In this document: positions 19,476 through 26,776 of the stretch, piece after piece
Position numbering within the stretch: the stretch's first letter is position 1
Layout: each line of letters opens with the position of its first letter
NCBI GenBank assembly: GCA_944372795.1
Contig: CALWAF010000001.1
Span: forward strand, 64,390-128,389
Reading direction: 5' to 3'
Source: an uncultured Clostridia bacterium
Lineage (GTDB): Bacteria > Bacillota > Clostridia > Christensenellales > CAG-917
Length of the DNA stretch: 64,000 bases
The notes under the pieces: generated by a model
Databases searched by the model: none
The model's input: the letters and a program-made list of their open reading frames with translations, nothing else
What the model was told of the DNA's origin: nothing
Translations under genes and position numbers: made by a program

Positions 19476-20353
19476 GAGAGCCTCTCCTTTAGCTCCCCCG
19501 CCGTCAGCACCTCTTTCGGCGTGCCCGCGCGCGGGCGCGGCGTTAGCACGACACACGTCTCCGCCACGGCGGCAAGCGGCGCGAAAGCGGACGCACGAAA
19601 CACCGCCTCCGCGCTTTCGCCGTGTATGGAGGCAAACACTTTGACACCGCTCCTTGCGATGTCCGCCACCGCTTTCGCCTCTTCCGCGCCGAATATCTCG
19701 TCGGTGACGATAACCTCCGGGCTCATCGCGCGTATGGTGTTGGCATATGCCGTGAGTTTGTCCACGCCGCTCACCACATCGCAGTCGCCGACGTCGAGAG
19801 AGGGCACTCCCCTTTCCGCGGCAGCCAGCTCGAAGCGCTCGTCGATGATGAGAGTGTTCCGCTCCCGCGAGGACAGCCGCGCAAGTTCCCGCAACAGTGT
19901 GGTCTTGCCTCCGTAGGGCGGCGAAATTACGAACGTGTTGCCCACTCCCCCGCCGAATACGGCGTACGACACCTCGCGGGGGACCTCTTTCACCTCATGG
20001 GGTATGCGCACGGTGAGGAAGGCTATGTGTTTCATCGTGAGCACGTGCCCGCCTTCCACGACACCCTCTCCCGCCACGCCTATGCGTATGCCACTCTTCG
20101 CCATATATCCTTTCACCAGCTGATCGTTGACGGCGTAGAGGGAAAAGTCGGACGCCACGGCAAGCACTCGTTCGATGTCGTCGCGGCGCACGACGAAGGG
20201 CGCTCCCGACGGCAATTTCGCCGCCCTGCGCTCCCCCGCCGTCAGCACCACAAGAGGTCTCCCGACCCGCATACGCAACTCGGTGACCTCTTCCTCCGCG
20301 GCAACGGCAGCCACCGCCGCCGCTACGACACCCGTGACCAGTCCCTGAAACAT
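19472..20353 (-). CDS. spoIIIAA: stage III sporulation protein AA (AAA+ ATPase)
   Basis: ORF 19472..20566. Walker A SPPYGGKTTLLRELAR. ELRMRVGRPLVV N-domain. Start set at ATG 20353 (MFQGLV), but no SD is visible, so the start is uncertain. Confidence 0.8.
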   Translation of the reverse strand: MFQGLVTGVVAAAVAAVAAEEEVTELRMRVGRPLVVLTAGERRAAKLPSGAPFVVRRDDIERVLAVASDFSLYAVNDQLVKGYMAKSGIRIGVAGEGVVEGGHVLTMKHIAFLTVRIPHEVKEVPREVSYAVFGGGVGNTFVISPPYGGKTTLLRELARLSSRERNTLIIDERFELAAAERGVPSLDVGDCDVVSGVDKLTAYANTIRAMSPEVIVTDEIFGAEEAKAVADIARSGVKVFASIHGESAEAVFRASAFAPLAAVAETCVVLTPRPRAGTPKEVLTAGELKERLS

Positions 20354-20408
20354 ACTAAAAGATATGACCGCCGCTCCCCTGCAACACCCCCGCCGCATCA
20401 TTCGACAT

Positions 20409-20441
20409 AAAAAGAAAAAACGCCCCGCACACCGTGCGAGG
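20409..20441 (-). terminator. strong intrinsic terminator ending the structured region upstream of spoIIIAA
   Basis: Minus-strand RNA CCUCGCAC-GGU-GUGCGGGG followed by CGUUUUUUCUUUUU. Confidence 0.7.
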
Positions 20442-20614
20442 GTGTTATCTAAATGCGCACGTCGTTCACGAGGTATCGAACAACACCCGCTCGGGAGGGT
20501 GCGGCGGGCTCGGGCTAATTTAACGGGTGTATGTCCCTTGACATGGAAGCATTGCTCCCCCTCCAACCCGGGGACCCCACAAAATTGCCTGCGGCGATTT
20601 TGCGGGGAGCCCCA

Positions 20615-20650
20615 TTCGGGAATTCCTCCCCCACTCGGGAAGAGTGCAGT
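20615..20650. repeat. 36-nt direct repeat, copy 1
   Basis: TTCGGGaaTTCCTCCCCCACTCGGGAAGAGTGCAGT. Differs at 2 positions from 20756..20791. Confidence 0.9.
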
Positions 20651-20755
20651 TCCCTAACATTGGAGTATTGTTTACCCCCTTCCCGCGGGTTTCGTCGTAC
20701 TCAAACGTGAAATAGAGTACACGTCTCGCGGGGAAAGTTGTTCCCCCTCCTTCCC

Positions 20756-20791
20756 TTCGGGCTTTCCTCCCCCACTCGGGAAGAGTGCAGT
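20756..20791. repeat. 36-nt direct repeat, copy 2
   Basis: TTCGGGctTTCCTCCCCCACTCGGGAAGAGTGCAGT, 141 nt from copy 1. Confidence 0.9.
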
Positions 20792-21088
20792 CCTCCTAAA
20801 ATGCGGGATACACTTTTCGTCCTTCTTGATATAGTTTAAGTTTCGCATAGAGATGATCGAGCGGCGAACAGTACTCACTGAACATCGCTCGCGGGGAGAG
20901 GAAGGCGACTCGACGCGCACGGCGCCCGTGTCTATTTAATGTTTCGTCTAGCTTGCGAGGTCGCATTTCGCGCCGCGGCGTTCAAGCGGCGGCTGCGCCG
21001 CCTGTGAACGCTTGGGTGAGCGGCGCGTTGTTCCGTCCCCGAAAGAGAGACGTCGTGCTCGGGGACGCCTTATCAAACGTTTATTGCG

Positions 21089-21212
21089 CTGACGCTCTCA
21101 TTTGGATGCAGAACGCGAAAGCACCCCTTTTCAGGCGAGGCGCGTACTAAACCGTACGTAACGAGCCTGAAAAGGGGTGCTGACAAAGTTGTGCGCCAAA
21201 TGAGAGCGTCAG
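21089..21212. repeat. 124-nt nested inverted repeat overlapping the hydA stop codon
   Basis: Outer 17-bp perfect arms 21089-21105 / 21196-21212. Inner 17-bp perfect arms 21120-21136 / 21165-21181. Symmetric 14x14 internal loop and 28-nt apical loop. Confidence 0.85.
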
Positions 21213-22948
21213 TAGTTGTTGCGGGGGGTGTAGCGCGTATGCAACAACTCATGCGCAAGGTGAGAATTGGGCTTGCCCAAGAACTCATCGTAGAGCTGCT
21301 TGACGACGGGATTCTCGTGGGATTTGCGCAGCTTCATCTTCTTGTCGGTGTCGTAGATCGCCTTGGCGCGGAGCGCGGGGACGTCGACGGTGTTGCGGAC
21401 GAAAGCGCTCTTGATGGGCTGACCGCCGCCGTTGACGCAGCCGCCCGGGCAGGACATGATCTCGATGAAGTGATAGTCGGCTTTGCCTGCGCGCACGAGC
21501 TCCATGAGCTTGCGGGCGTTGGCGAGGCCGCTTGCGACGGCGACTTTGACGGTGGTGCCGTCGATGTCGTAAGTGGCTTTCTTGATGCCCTTGGTGCCTC
21601 TCACCTGCTTGAAATCGACGGAAGGCGCCTCTTTGCCTGCGACGATCTCGTAGACCGTGCGCAGCGCGGCTTCCATGACGCCGCCCGTGGCGCCGAAGAT
21701 GAGACCCGCTCCCGTATAGATGCCGAGGGGTTCATCGAATTTCTCGTCGGGGAGCTCGGTGAACATGATGCCGCAGCGCTTGATGAGCTTGGCGAGCTCG
21801 CGGGTGGTGATGGCAATGTCGATGTCGGGCACGCCTGCGGCGTTCTCGTTGGGTCTGCCCTTCTCGAACTTCTTCGCCGTGCAGGGCATGACGGAGACGA
21901 CGACGATGTCCTCCGCATCCCAACCCATCTTTTCGGCGTAATAGGTCTTGACGATGGCGCCGAACATCTGCTGGGGGGACTTGCAGGTGGAAAGATTGCC
22001 CAAAAGATCGGGGAAGTTGTGCTCGCAGAACTTGATCCACGCGGGAGAACAGCTGGTGATCATGGGCAGTCTGCCGCCGTTACGCAGCCTGTCGAGGAAC
22101 TCTGTGCCCTCCTCCATGATGGTGAGGTCCGCACTGAAGTTGACGTCAAAGACGTTGGCAAAGCCCATCCTGCGCAGCGCGGCGACCATCTTGCCCTCGA
22201 CGTTGGTGCCGATGGGATAGCCGAACTCTTCGCCGAGCCCCACTCTGACGGAGGGTGCGACGCCCACGACAACGTGTTTGGTGGGGTCTGCAAGCGCGGC
22301 GAGGACGTCGTCGATCTCCTCACGCTCGGTGAGGGCTCCGACGGGACAGACGGAGATGCACTGTCCGCAACCCACGCAAGGCACTTCGGAAAGAGGCTTC
22401 TCGAAAGCGCAGCCGATGTGCGTATCAAAACCTCTCGCATTCGCGCCGATGACGGCGACGGACTGATATTTGGCGCACGCCGCGACGCATCTGCGGCAGA
22501 GCACGCACTTGTTGTTGTCGCGCACGATGTAGGGCGTGGACGAGTCGATGACGTACTTGTTGGTGACACCCTTATACTTGTGTCCGTCGCAGCCGAGCTC
22601 GAGGGAGAGCTTCTGCAGCTCGCAGTTGTTGTTGCGCGAGCAGCTCAAGCAATCCTGATTGTGGTCGGAAAGGATGAGCTCGACAGTGGTCTTTCTGCTC
22701 TCCATGACCTTGGGGGTGTTGGTGAACACCTCCATACCCTCGCTGACGGGATAGACGCAGGACGCGACGAGGCTCCTTGCACCCTTGACTTCGCACACGC
22801 ACACGCGGCAGGCGCCGATGGCGTTGATGTCCTTGAGATAGCAAAGCGTGGGGATGCGGATGCCCGCCTCTCTTGCCGCCTCGAGGATGGTGGTGCCCGC
22901 CTCGACGCTGACGGGGATATTGTTTATTTTCAGATTAACTTTTGCCAT
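21209..22948 (-). CDS. hydA: [FeFe]-hydrogenase catalytic subunit (HydA, multimeric/bifurcating type)
   Basis: ORF 21209..22948, 579 aa. N-terminal 2Fe-2S and 4Fe-4S Cys motifs. H-cluster motifs TSCSPAW, MPCTAKKFE and EIMSCPGGCVNGGGQP. Confidence 0.92.
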   Translation of the reverse strand: MAKVNLKINNIPVSVEAGTTILEAAREAGIRIPTLCYLKDINAIGACRVCVCEVKGARSLVASCVYPVSEGMEVFTNTPKVMESRKTTVELILSDHNQDCLSCSRNNNCELQKLSLELGCDGHKYKGVTNKYVIDSSTPYIVRDNNKCVLCRRCVAACAKYQSVAVIGANARGFDTHIGCAFEKPLSEVPCVGCGQCISVCPVGALTEREEIDDVLAALADPTKHVVVGVAPSVRVGLGEEFGYPIGTNVEGKMVAALRRMGFANVFDVNFSADLTIMEEGTEFLDRLRNGGRLPMITSCSPAWIKFCEHNFPDLLGNLSTCKSPQQMFGAIVKTYYAEKMGWDAEDIVVVSVMPCTAKKFEKGRPNENAAGVPDIDIAITTRELAKLIKRCGIMFTELPDEKFDEPLGIYTGAGLIFGATGGVMEAALRTVYEIVAGKEAPSVDFKQVRGTKGIKKATYDIDGTTVKVAVASGLANARKLMELVRAGKADYHFIEIMSCPGGCVNGGGQPIKSAFVRNTVDVPALRAKAIYDTDKKMKLRKSHENPVVKQLYDEFLGKPNSHLAHELLHTRYTPRNNY

Positions 22949-22960
22949 ATCCTCTCTCCT

Positions 22961-24745
22961 TTACTCCTTGACGATGGCGCCGAAGCGGCAGGTCTCCATG
23001 CACACTCCGCACTTGATGCACTTGGACGGATCGATGACGAACTTGGACTTGATCTCGCCCGAGATCGCACCGACGGGACACTTCCTCGCACACGCCGAGC
23101 AGCCCTTGCAGTCATCGGTGATGGTGTAGCGGGCGAGCCCTTTGCAGACGTGGCAGGGGCACTTCTTGTCCACTACGTGCGCGATGTACTCGTCACGGAA
23201 GTAGCGCAGGGTGGAAAGCACGGGATTGGGCGCGGTCTGTCCCAGTCCGCACAGGGAGTTGGCTTTGATGTAGTAGCACAGCTGCTCCATATCGTCGAGG
23301 TCCTGCAATGTCGCCTGACCCGTCGTGATCTTATCCAGATATTCCAGCAGTCTGCGGTTGCCGATGCGGCAGGGCGTGCATTTGCCGCAGCTCTCGTCCA
23401 CGGTGAATTCGAGGAAGAACTTGGCGATGTCCACCATGCAGTTGTCCTCGTCCATGACGATCATGCCGCCCGAGCCCATCATGGAACCTATGGAAATGAG
23501 GTTGTCGTAGTCGATGGGGATGTCGAAGTGCTCCGCGGGGATGCATCCGCCGGAAGGACCGCCCGTCTGCGCCGCCTTGAAGTGCTTGCCGTTGGGGATG
23601 CCGCCGCCGATGTCCTCGATGACCTCGCGCAGAGTGGTGCCCATGGGGATCTCCACAAGACCCGTGTTGGTGATCTTGCCGCCGAGGGCGAACACCTTGG
23701 TGCCCTTGGACTTCTCGGTGCCCATGGAAGAGAACCATTCCGCACCCTTCAGGATGATCTGGCACACGTTGGCGTAGGTCTCGACGTTGTTGAGGATGGT
23801 GGGCTTGCCAAAGAGTCCCTTCACCGCAGGGAAGGGAGGACGGGGACGGGGCTCGCCGCGGTTGCCCTCGATGGAGGTCATGAGCGCGGTCTCCTCGCCG
23901 CACACGAACGCGCCCGCGCCGAGACGGATGTCAAGGTCGAAGTCGAAGCCCGTGTCGAGGATGTTCTTGCCGAGCAGCCCGTATTCCTTCGCCTGTTTGA
24001 GTGCTATGCGCAGCCTCTGCACCGCGATGGGATACTCTGCCCTGACGTAGATGTAGCCCTGATGCGCGCCGATCGCATATCCCGCGATCGCCATGGCTTC
24101 CAGCACCGCGTGTGGGTCGCCTTCGAGGATGGAACGATCCATGAACGCGCCGGGGTCGCCCTCGTCGGCGTTGCAGCACACATACTTGACGGGGCCGGGG
24201 CTCGCCGCCGCGAACTGCCATTTGAGTCCGGTGGGGAAACCGCCGCCGCCTCTGCCGCGCAGCCCGGACGCCTTGATGATGTCGATGACTTCCTGCGGCT
24301 TGAGCTCGGTGAGGCACTTGATGAGCGCCTGATAGCCGTCGTACGCTATGTATTCGTCGATCTCTTCGGGGTTGATGACACCGCAGTTGCGCAGGGCGAC
24401 GCGGGTCTGTTTCTTATAGAAATTGGTGTCGGAGAGCGCCTTGACGGTGTGGGCGTCCGTCTTCTCTTTGTAGAGCAGACGCTGGACAAGCCTGCCTTTC
24501 ACGAGGTGCTCGTCAACGATCTCGGCAACGTCTTCCACCTTCATGCCGCTGTAAAACGCGCCTTCGGGATAGACGATGACGATGGGACCCACCGCGCACA
24601 GACCGAAACAGCCCGTGCCGACGACGGAAACGTCGTTCTCGAGCCCGCGTTCCTTGACGAGGGTCTCGAACTCCTTCTTGATGGCGGCGCTGTTGTTGGA
24701 ATGGCATCCCGTGCCGCCGCAGACCAAAACGTGACTTCTGACCAT
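22961..24745 (-). CDS. hydB: NuoF-like NAD(P)H-binding flavoprotein subunit of hydrogenase (HydB)
   Basis: ORF 22961..24745, 594 aa. GLRGRGGGGFPTGLKW and CGKCTPCR motifs. Two C-terminal CxxCxxCxxxC ferredoxin motifs. Confidence 0.92.
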   Translation of the reverse strand: MVRSHVLVCGGTGCHSNNSAAIKKEFETLVKERGLENDVSVVGTGCFGLCAVGPIVIVYPEGAFYSGMKVEDVAEIVDEHLVKGRLVQRLLYKEKTDAHTVKALSDTNFYKKQTRVALRNCGVINPEEIDEYIAYDGYQALIKCLTELKPQEVIDIIKASGLRGRGGGGFPTGLKWQFAAASPGPVKYVCCNADEGDPGAFMDRSILEGDPHAVLEAMAIAGYAIGAHQGYIYVRAEYPIAVQRLRIALKQAKEYGLLGKNILDTGFDFDLDIRLGAGAFVCGEETALMTSIEGNRGEPRPRPPFPAVKGLFGKPTILNNVETYANVCQIILKGAEWFSSMGTEKSKGTKVFALGGKITNTGLVEIPMGTTLREVIEDIGGGIPNGKHFKAAQTGGPSGGCIPAEHFDIPIDYDNLISIGSMMGSGGMIVMDEDNCMVDIAKFFLEFTVDESCGKCTPCRIGNRRLLEYLDKITTGQATLQDLDDMEQLCYYIKANSLCGLGQTAPNPVLSTLRYFRDEYIAHVVDKKCPCHVCKGLARYTITDDCKGCSACARKCPVGAISGEIKSKFVIDPSKCIKCGVCMETCRFGAIVKE

Positions 24746-24754
24746 ATTATCTCC

Positions 24755-25129
24755 TTACTTGTTGTCTCCGATCAGATATTCCGTGCAGACGTTGCCGTTG
24801 ACGATGTGATTGGCAACGATCTTACGCGCCTTGTCGGGGTCGACGTGGATGTAGGTAACGGGCTCTTCGCCGGGGACGTGCACTTCCACGATGGGTTCCA
24901 GCGCGCACATGCCCATGCACCCGGTGCGCGTGACCTTGACGTTCTTGAGCTGCCTCGCCGCGACCTCGTCCACAAAGGTGTTGAAGACGGGTCTCGCGCC
25001 CGCGGAAATGCCGCAGGTCGCCATACCGACGACGATACGGGTCTCGCTTGCTGCGTCCTGATTGTCGCGCAGGTTGATCTGACCCTGCATCTTCTCACGG
25101 ATAGCCTTGATGTCGGCTATACTTTTCAT
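24755..25129 (-). CDS. thioredoxin-like [2Fe-2S] ferredoxin (HndB-like)
   Basis: ORF 24755..25129, 124 aa. MATCGISAG...TGCMGMCALEPIV pattern. Confidence 0.7.
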   Translation of the reverse strand: MKSIADIKAIREKMQGQINLRDNQDAASETRIVVGMATCGISAGARPVFNTFVDEVAARQLKNVKVTRTGCMGMCALEPIVEVHVPGEEPVTYIHVDPDKARKIVANHIVNGNVCTEYLIGDNK

Positions 25130-25671
25130 AGTGTCTCTCCTCCGATGTCGATCATGTTTTCTTTTATCATATCTCTGACGAACACGAGCACTTCAGGCTC
25201 CGAGACGGGCACTCCGCCCAGCTCCGCCTTCAGCTCGCGCGTGTCAAATACGAATCCTTTCCCCTCCACACTCACCTCGAAGCGGAACTCCGAGGGGCAC
25301 TCTCCGCCTATGAGCGTGACCACGGTGTCGGCAAGGTCTCCTAGGGGGGCGCGGTCTATGTGGGAGAGCACGAATGTCGCCCTCACCGTCGTCCCGACGC
25401 CCTTTGCGGACGTCACCGAGAAACTGCCGCCCGCCATCTCCGCCGCCATCTTGAAGAGGGGGATGCCCATGCCCACCTTGCGCGTCGTCCGCGTCGTGGT
25501 GAAGGGGTCGGTCACTCTCTTCAAAAATTCCGCATCCATCCCGCAGCCGTCATCGGCTATCTCGATGGTGAGAAGGTCGTCCGCAGCCGCCACCGACACG
25601 CGCACGAGGGATGCGCCCGCCTTGACGGAATTCTCGCATATGTCGAGTATGTTGAGAGCAAGCTCCCTCAC
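25126..25671 (-). CDS. stand-alone GHKL (histidine-kinase-like) ATPase domain protein
   Basis: ORF 25126..25671. N-box ICENSVKAG, G1 DDGCGM, G2 GMGIPL, then GVGTTV. No sensor or DHp region. Confidence 0.75.
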   Translation of the reverse strand: MRELALNILDICENSVKAGASLVRVSVAAADDLLTIEIADDGCGMDAEFLKRVTDPFTTTRTTRKVGMGIPLFKMAAEMAGGSFSVTSAKGVGTTVRATFVLSHIDRAPLGDLADTVVTLIGGECPSEFRFEVSVEGKGFVFDTRELKAELGGVPVSEPEVLVFVRDMIKENMIDIGGETL

Positions 25672-26369
25672 GCGTCACTTCCTCCCCTGCGCAGTCTGTC
25701 TATGAGGGCGTCTACGCTGCCCTCCGGAAGGTCTATCTCTCCCCTGTCGGACATATGCTCGAGGGTGTGCGCATCGCTGTCCACGATGACGAGCCTCTCC
25801 CCCGACCACTTCTTCAACTCCTCCTCGGAAACCCTCGATGAGAGCTCCACCGTGGGATATTCCGCGGGCACTGCGCCCAGCACGTTGAGCATACTGTTCG
25901 CGTCGCGGTCGATGTGAGCGGGCACCGCCACTCCCCCGAGGGAGAACGCCAGCTCTCTCACGTCGTCGCAGGAGATCGCGGCAGAGTCAAGGAGCATCCT
26001 CTCCTCCCGCCCGATGACGTTGTCGTCCTCGTCGAAATAGAGCTGCTCACCGAATATATCCGCCCTGTTCTTCCTCTCCGACACGGGGATGCGCGAGAAG
26101 AAATCCTCGAGTTCCCCGTAAGTGCGGAACATGCACAGCAGGTGTATGTCCTCGCTCGTCTGCACCTCGACGGCGGGCACCACTCTCACGCCGAACTCCT
26201 CTCCCGCACGGAGTGCGAGGGGGACGTGTCCTATGGCGTTGTGGTCCGCGATCGCCACGAAATCCAACCCCGACAAAGCCGCCTGACCAACGATCGTGAC
26301 CGGCGTCATCTCCTCTTCCGCACAGGGAGAGAGGGCGGAATGTATGTGCAGATCATAGCGATACTTCAT
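25668..26369 (-). CDS. PHP-domain metal-dependent phosphoesterase
   Basis: ORF 25668..26369. DLHIHS...IADHN...HIDR... His-rich PHP pattern. Confidence 0.75.
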   Translation of the reverse strand: MKYRYDLHIHSALSPCAEEEMTPVTIVGQAALSGLDFVAIADHNAIGHVPLALRAGEEFGVRVVPAVEVQTSEDIHLLCMFRTYGELEDFFSRIPVSERKNRADIFGEQLYFDEDDNVIGREERMLLDSAAISCDDVRELAFSLGGVAVPAHIDRDANSMLNVLGAVPAEYPTVELSSRVSEEELKKWSGERLVIVDSDAHTLEHMSDRGEIDLPEGSVDALIDRLRRGGSDA

Positions 26370-26446
26370 AGCGTTCCCGCACGAAAAAGATTTTTATGCA
26401 TCTTTTTCTGCGGCTTTAACCTCCGTTTCGCGCCGCAACGAACGCG

Positions 26447-26776
26447 TCAGCCCAGATGACCCGCCACCTTCACCGCCGCCTCGAAGACGGGAAGAGAGGT
26501 GATGAGAAGGTTCACGTCGTTCTGCCCCGCACGCTCCGTGAGAGCTGCATCCGGCTCGGTGGACTCGCACAGCACCACCGCCGCGCAGTCGGTGAGGGTC
26601 GCCACCGCGCACACGTTGACGTTGCTCATCACGGTGAACCACGCGCTGTCCGCGGGAGCCTTGCCCATGACGTTGCTCAAGAAGTCGCCGCAATAGCCCG
26701 CGGTCACTTCCCTTTCGCCGTCGGCAAGCACGGCGATCTTCGCATCCAGAATGTCGGCAAGCTGCGAGACCGTCAT
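26447..26776 (-). CDS. small DRTGG-like domain protein
   Basis: ORF 26447..27004 trimmed to ATG 26776 (ATGA overlap with the upstream stop). 109 aa, similar in size and pattern to 28510..28848. The family call is from my memory of annotated hydrogenase operons. Confidence 0.5.
   Translation of the reverse strand: MTVSQLADILDAKIAVLADGEREVTAGYCGDFLSNVMGKAPADSAWFTVMSNVNVCAVATLTDCAAVVLCESTEPDAALTERAGQNDVNLLITSLPVFEAAVKVAGHLG

Larger units (their letters stand above)
20409..20905 (-). ncRNA. candidate large structured RNA or long spoIIIA leader (class unknown; 5' end not defined)
   Basis: About 0.5 kb with no credible ORF. Many nested GC-rich helices. An internal 36-nt direct repeat. At least six GGAGG-like tracts on the minus strand. 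Ends in the terminator at 20409..20441. Confidence 0.3.

Noticed and set aside
20354-20566. Longer spoIIIAA start (ORF track 19472..20566)
   Set aside because: The extra 71 residues cross the strong terminator at 20409-20441 and are Cys/Arg-rich nonsense. The SpoIIIAA-like sequence begins near MFQGLV. The exact start remains uncertain because no SD is visible.
20615-20791. Possible CRISPR array suggested by the repeated 36-nt unit
   Set aside because: There are only two copies, separated by 105 nt of intervening sequence. No cas genes are present. The repeats sit inside a larger structured region that ends in a terminator.
20409-20940. RNase P RNA, tmRNA, SRP RNA or 6S RNA as the identity of the structured region
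   Set aside because: GGAGGAAAGCCC superficially resembles the RNase P P4 segment GAGGAAAGUCC. However, I found no ACAGAA..GGCUUA 3' P4 strand and no GGUAAGAGCGCACC-type block. I also found no tRNA-like GGUUCGAnUCC...CCA end or tag ORF (tmRNA), and no SRP domain IV motif. The region is also too long for 6S RNA. This rests on memory of consensus sequences only.
21191-25705. 1504-aa plus-strand ORF, with similar long ORFs at 57493..60651 (+), 9024..11351 (-), 7454..9202 (-), 31384..33879 (-) and 30626..31750 (-)
   Set aside because: They lie antisense to genes with clear family motifs (hydA/hydB, the enoate reductase, the GH18 genes, the dihydroxyacetone kinase gene, gldA). Their translations are low-complexity and rich in Arg, Ala, Gly, Asp and His, with no recognisable domains. 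These are typical shadow ORFs of GC-rich coding DNA.
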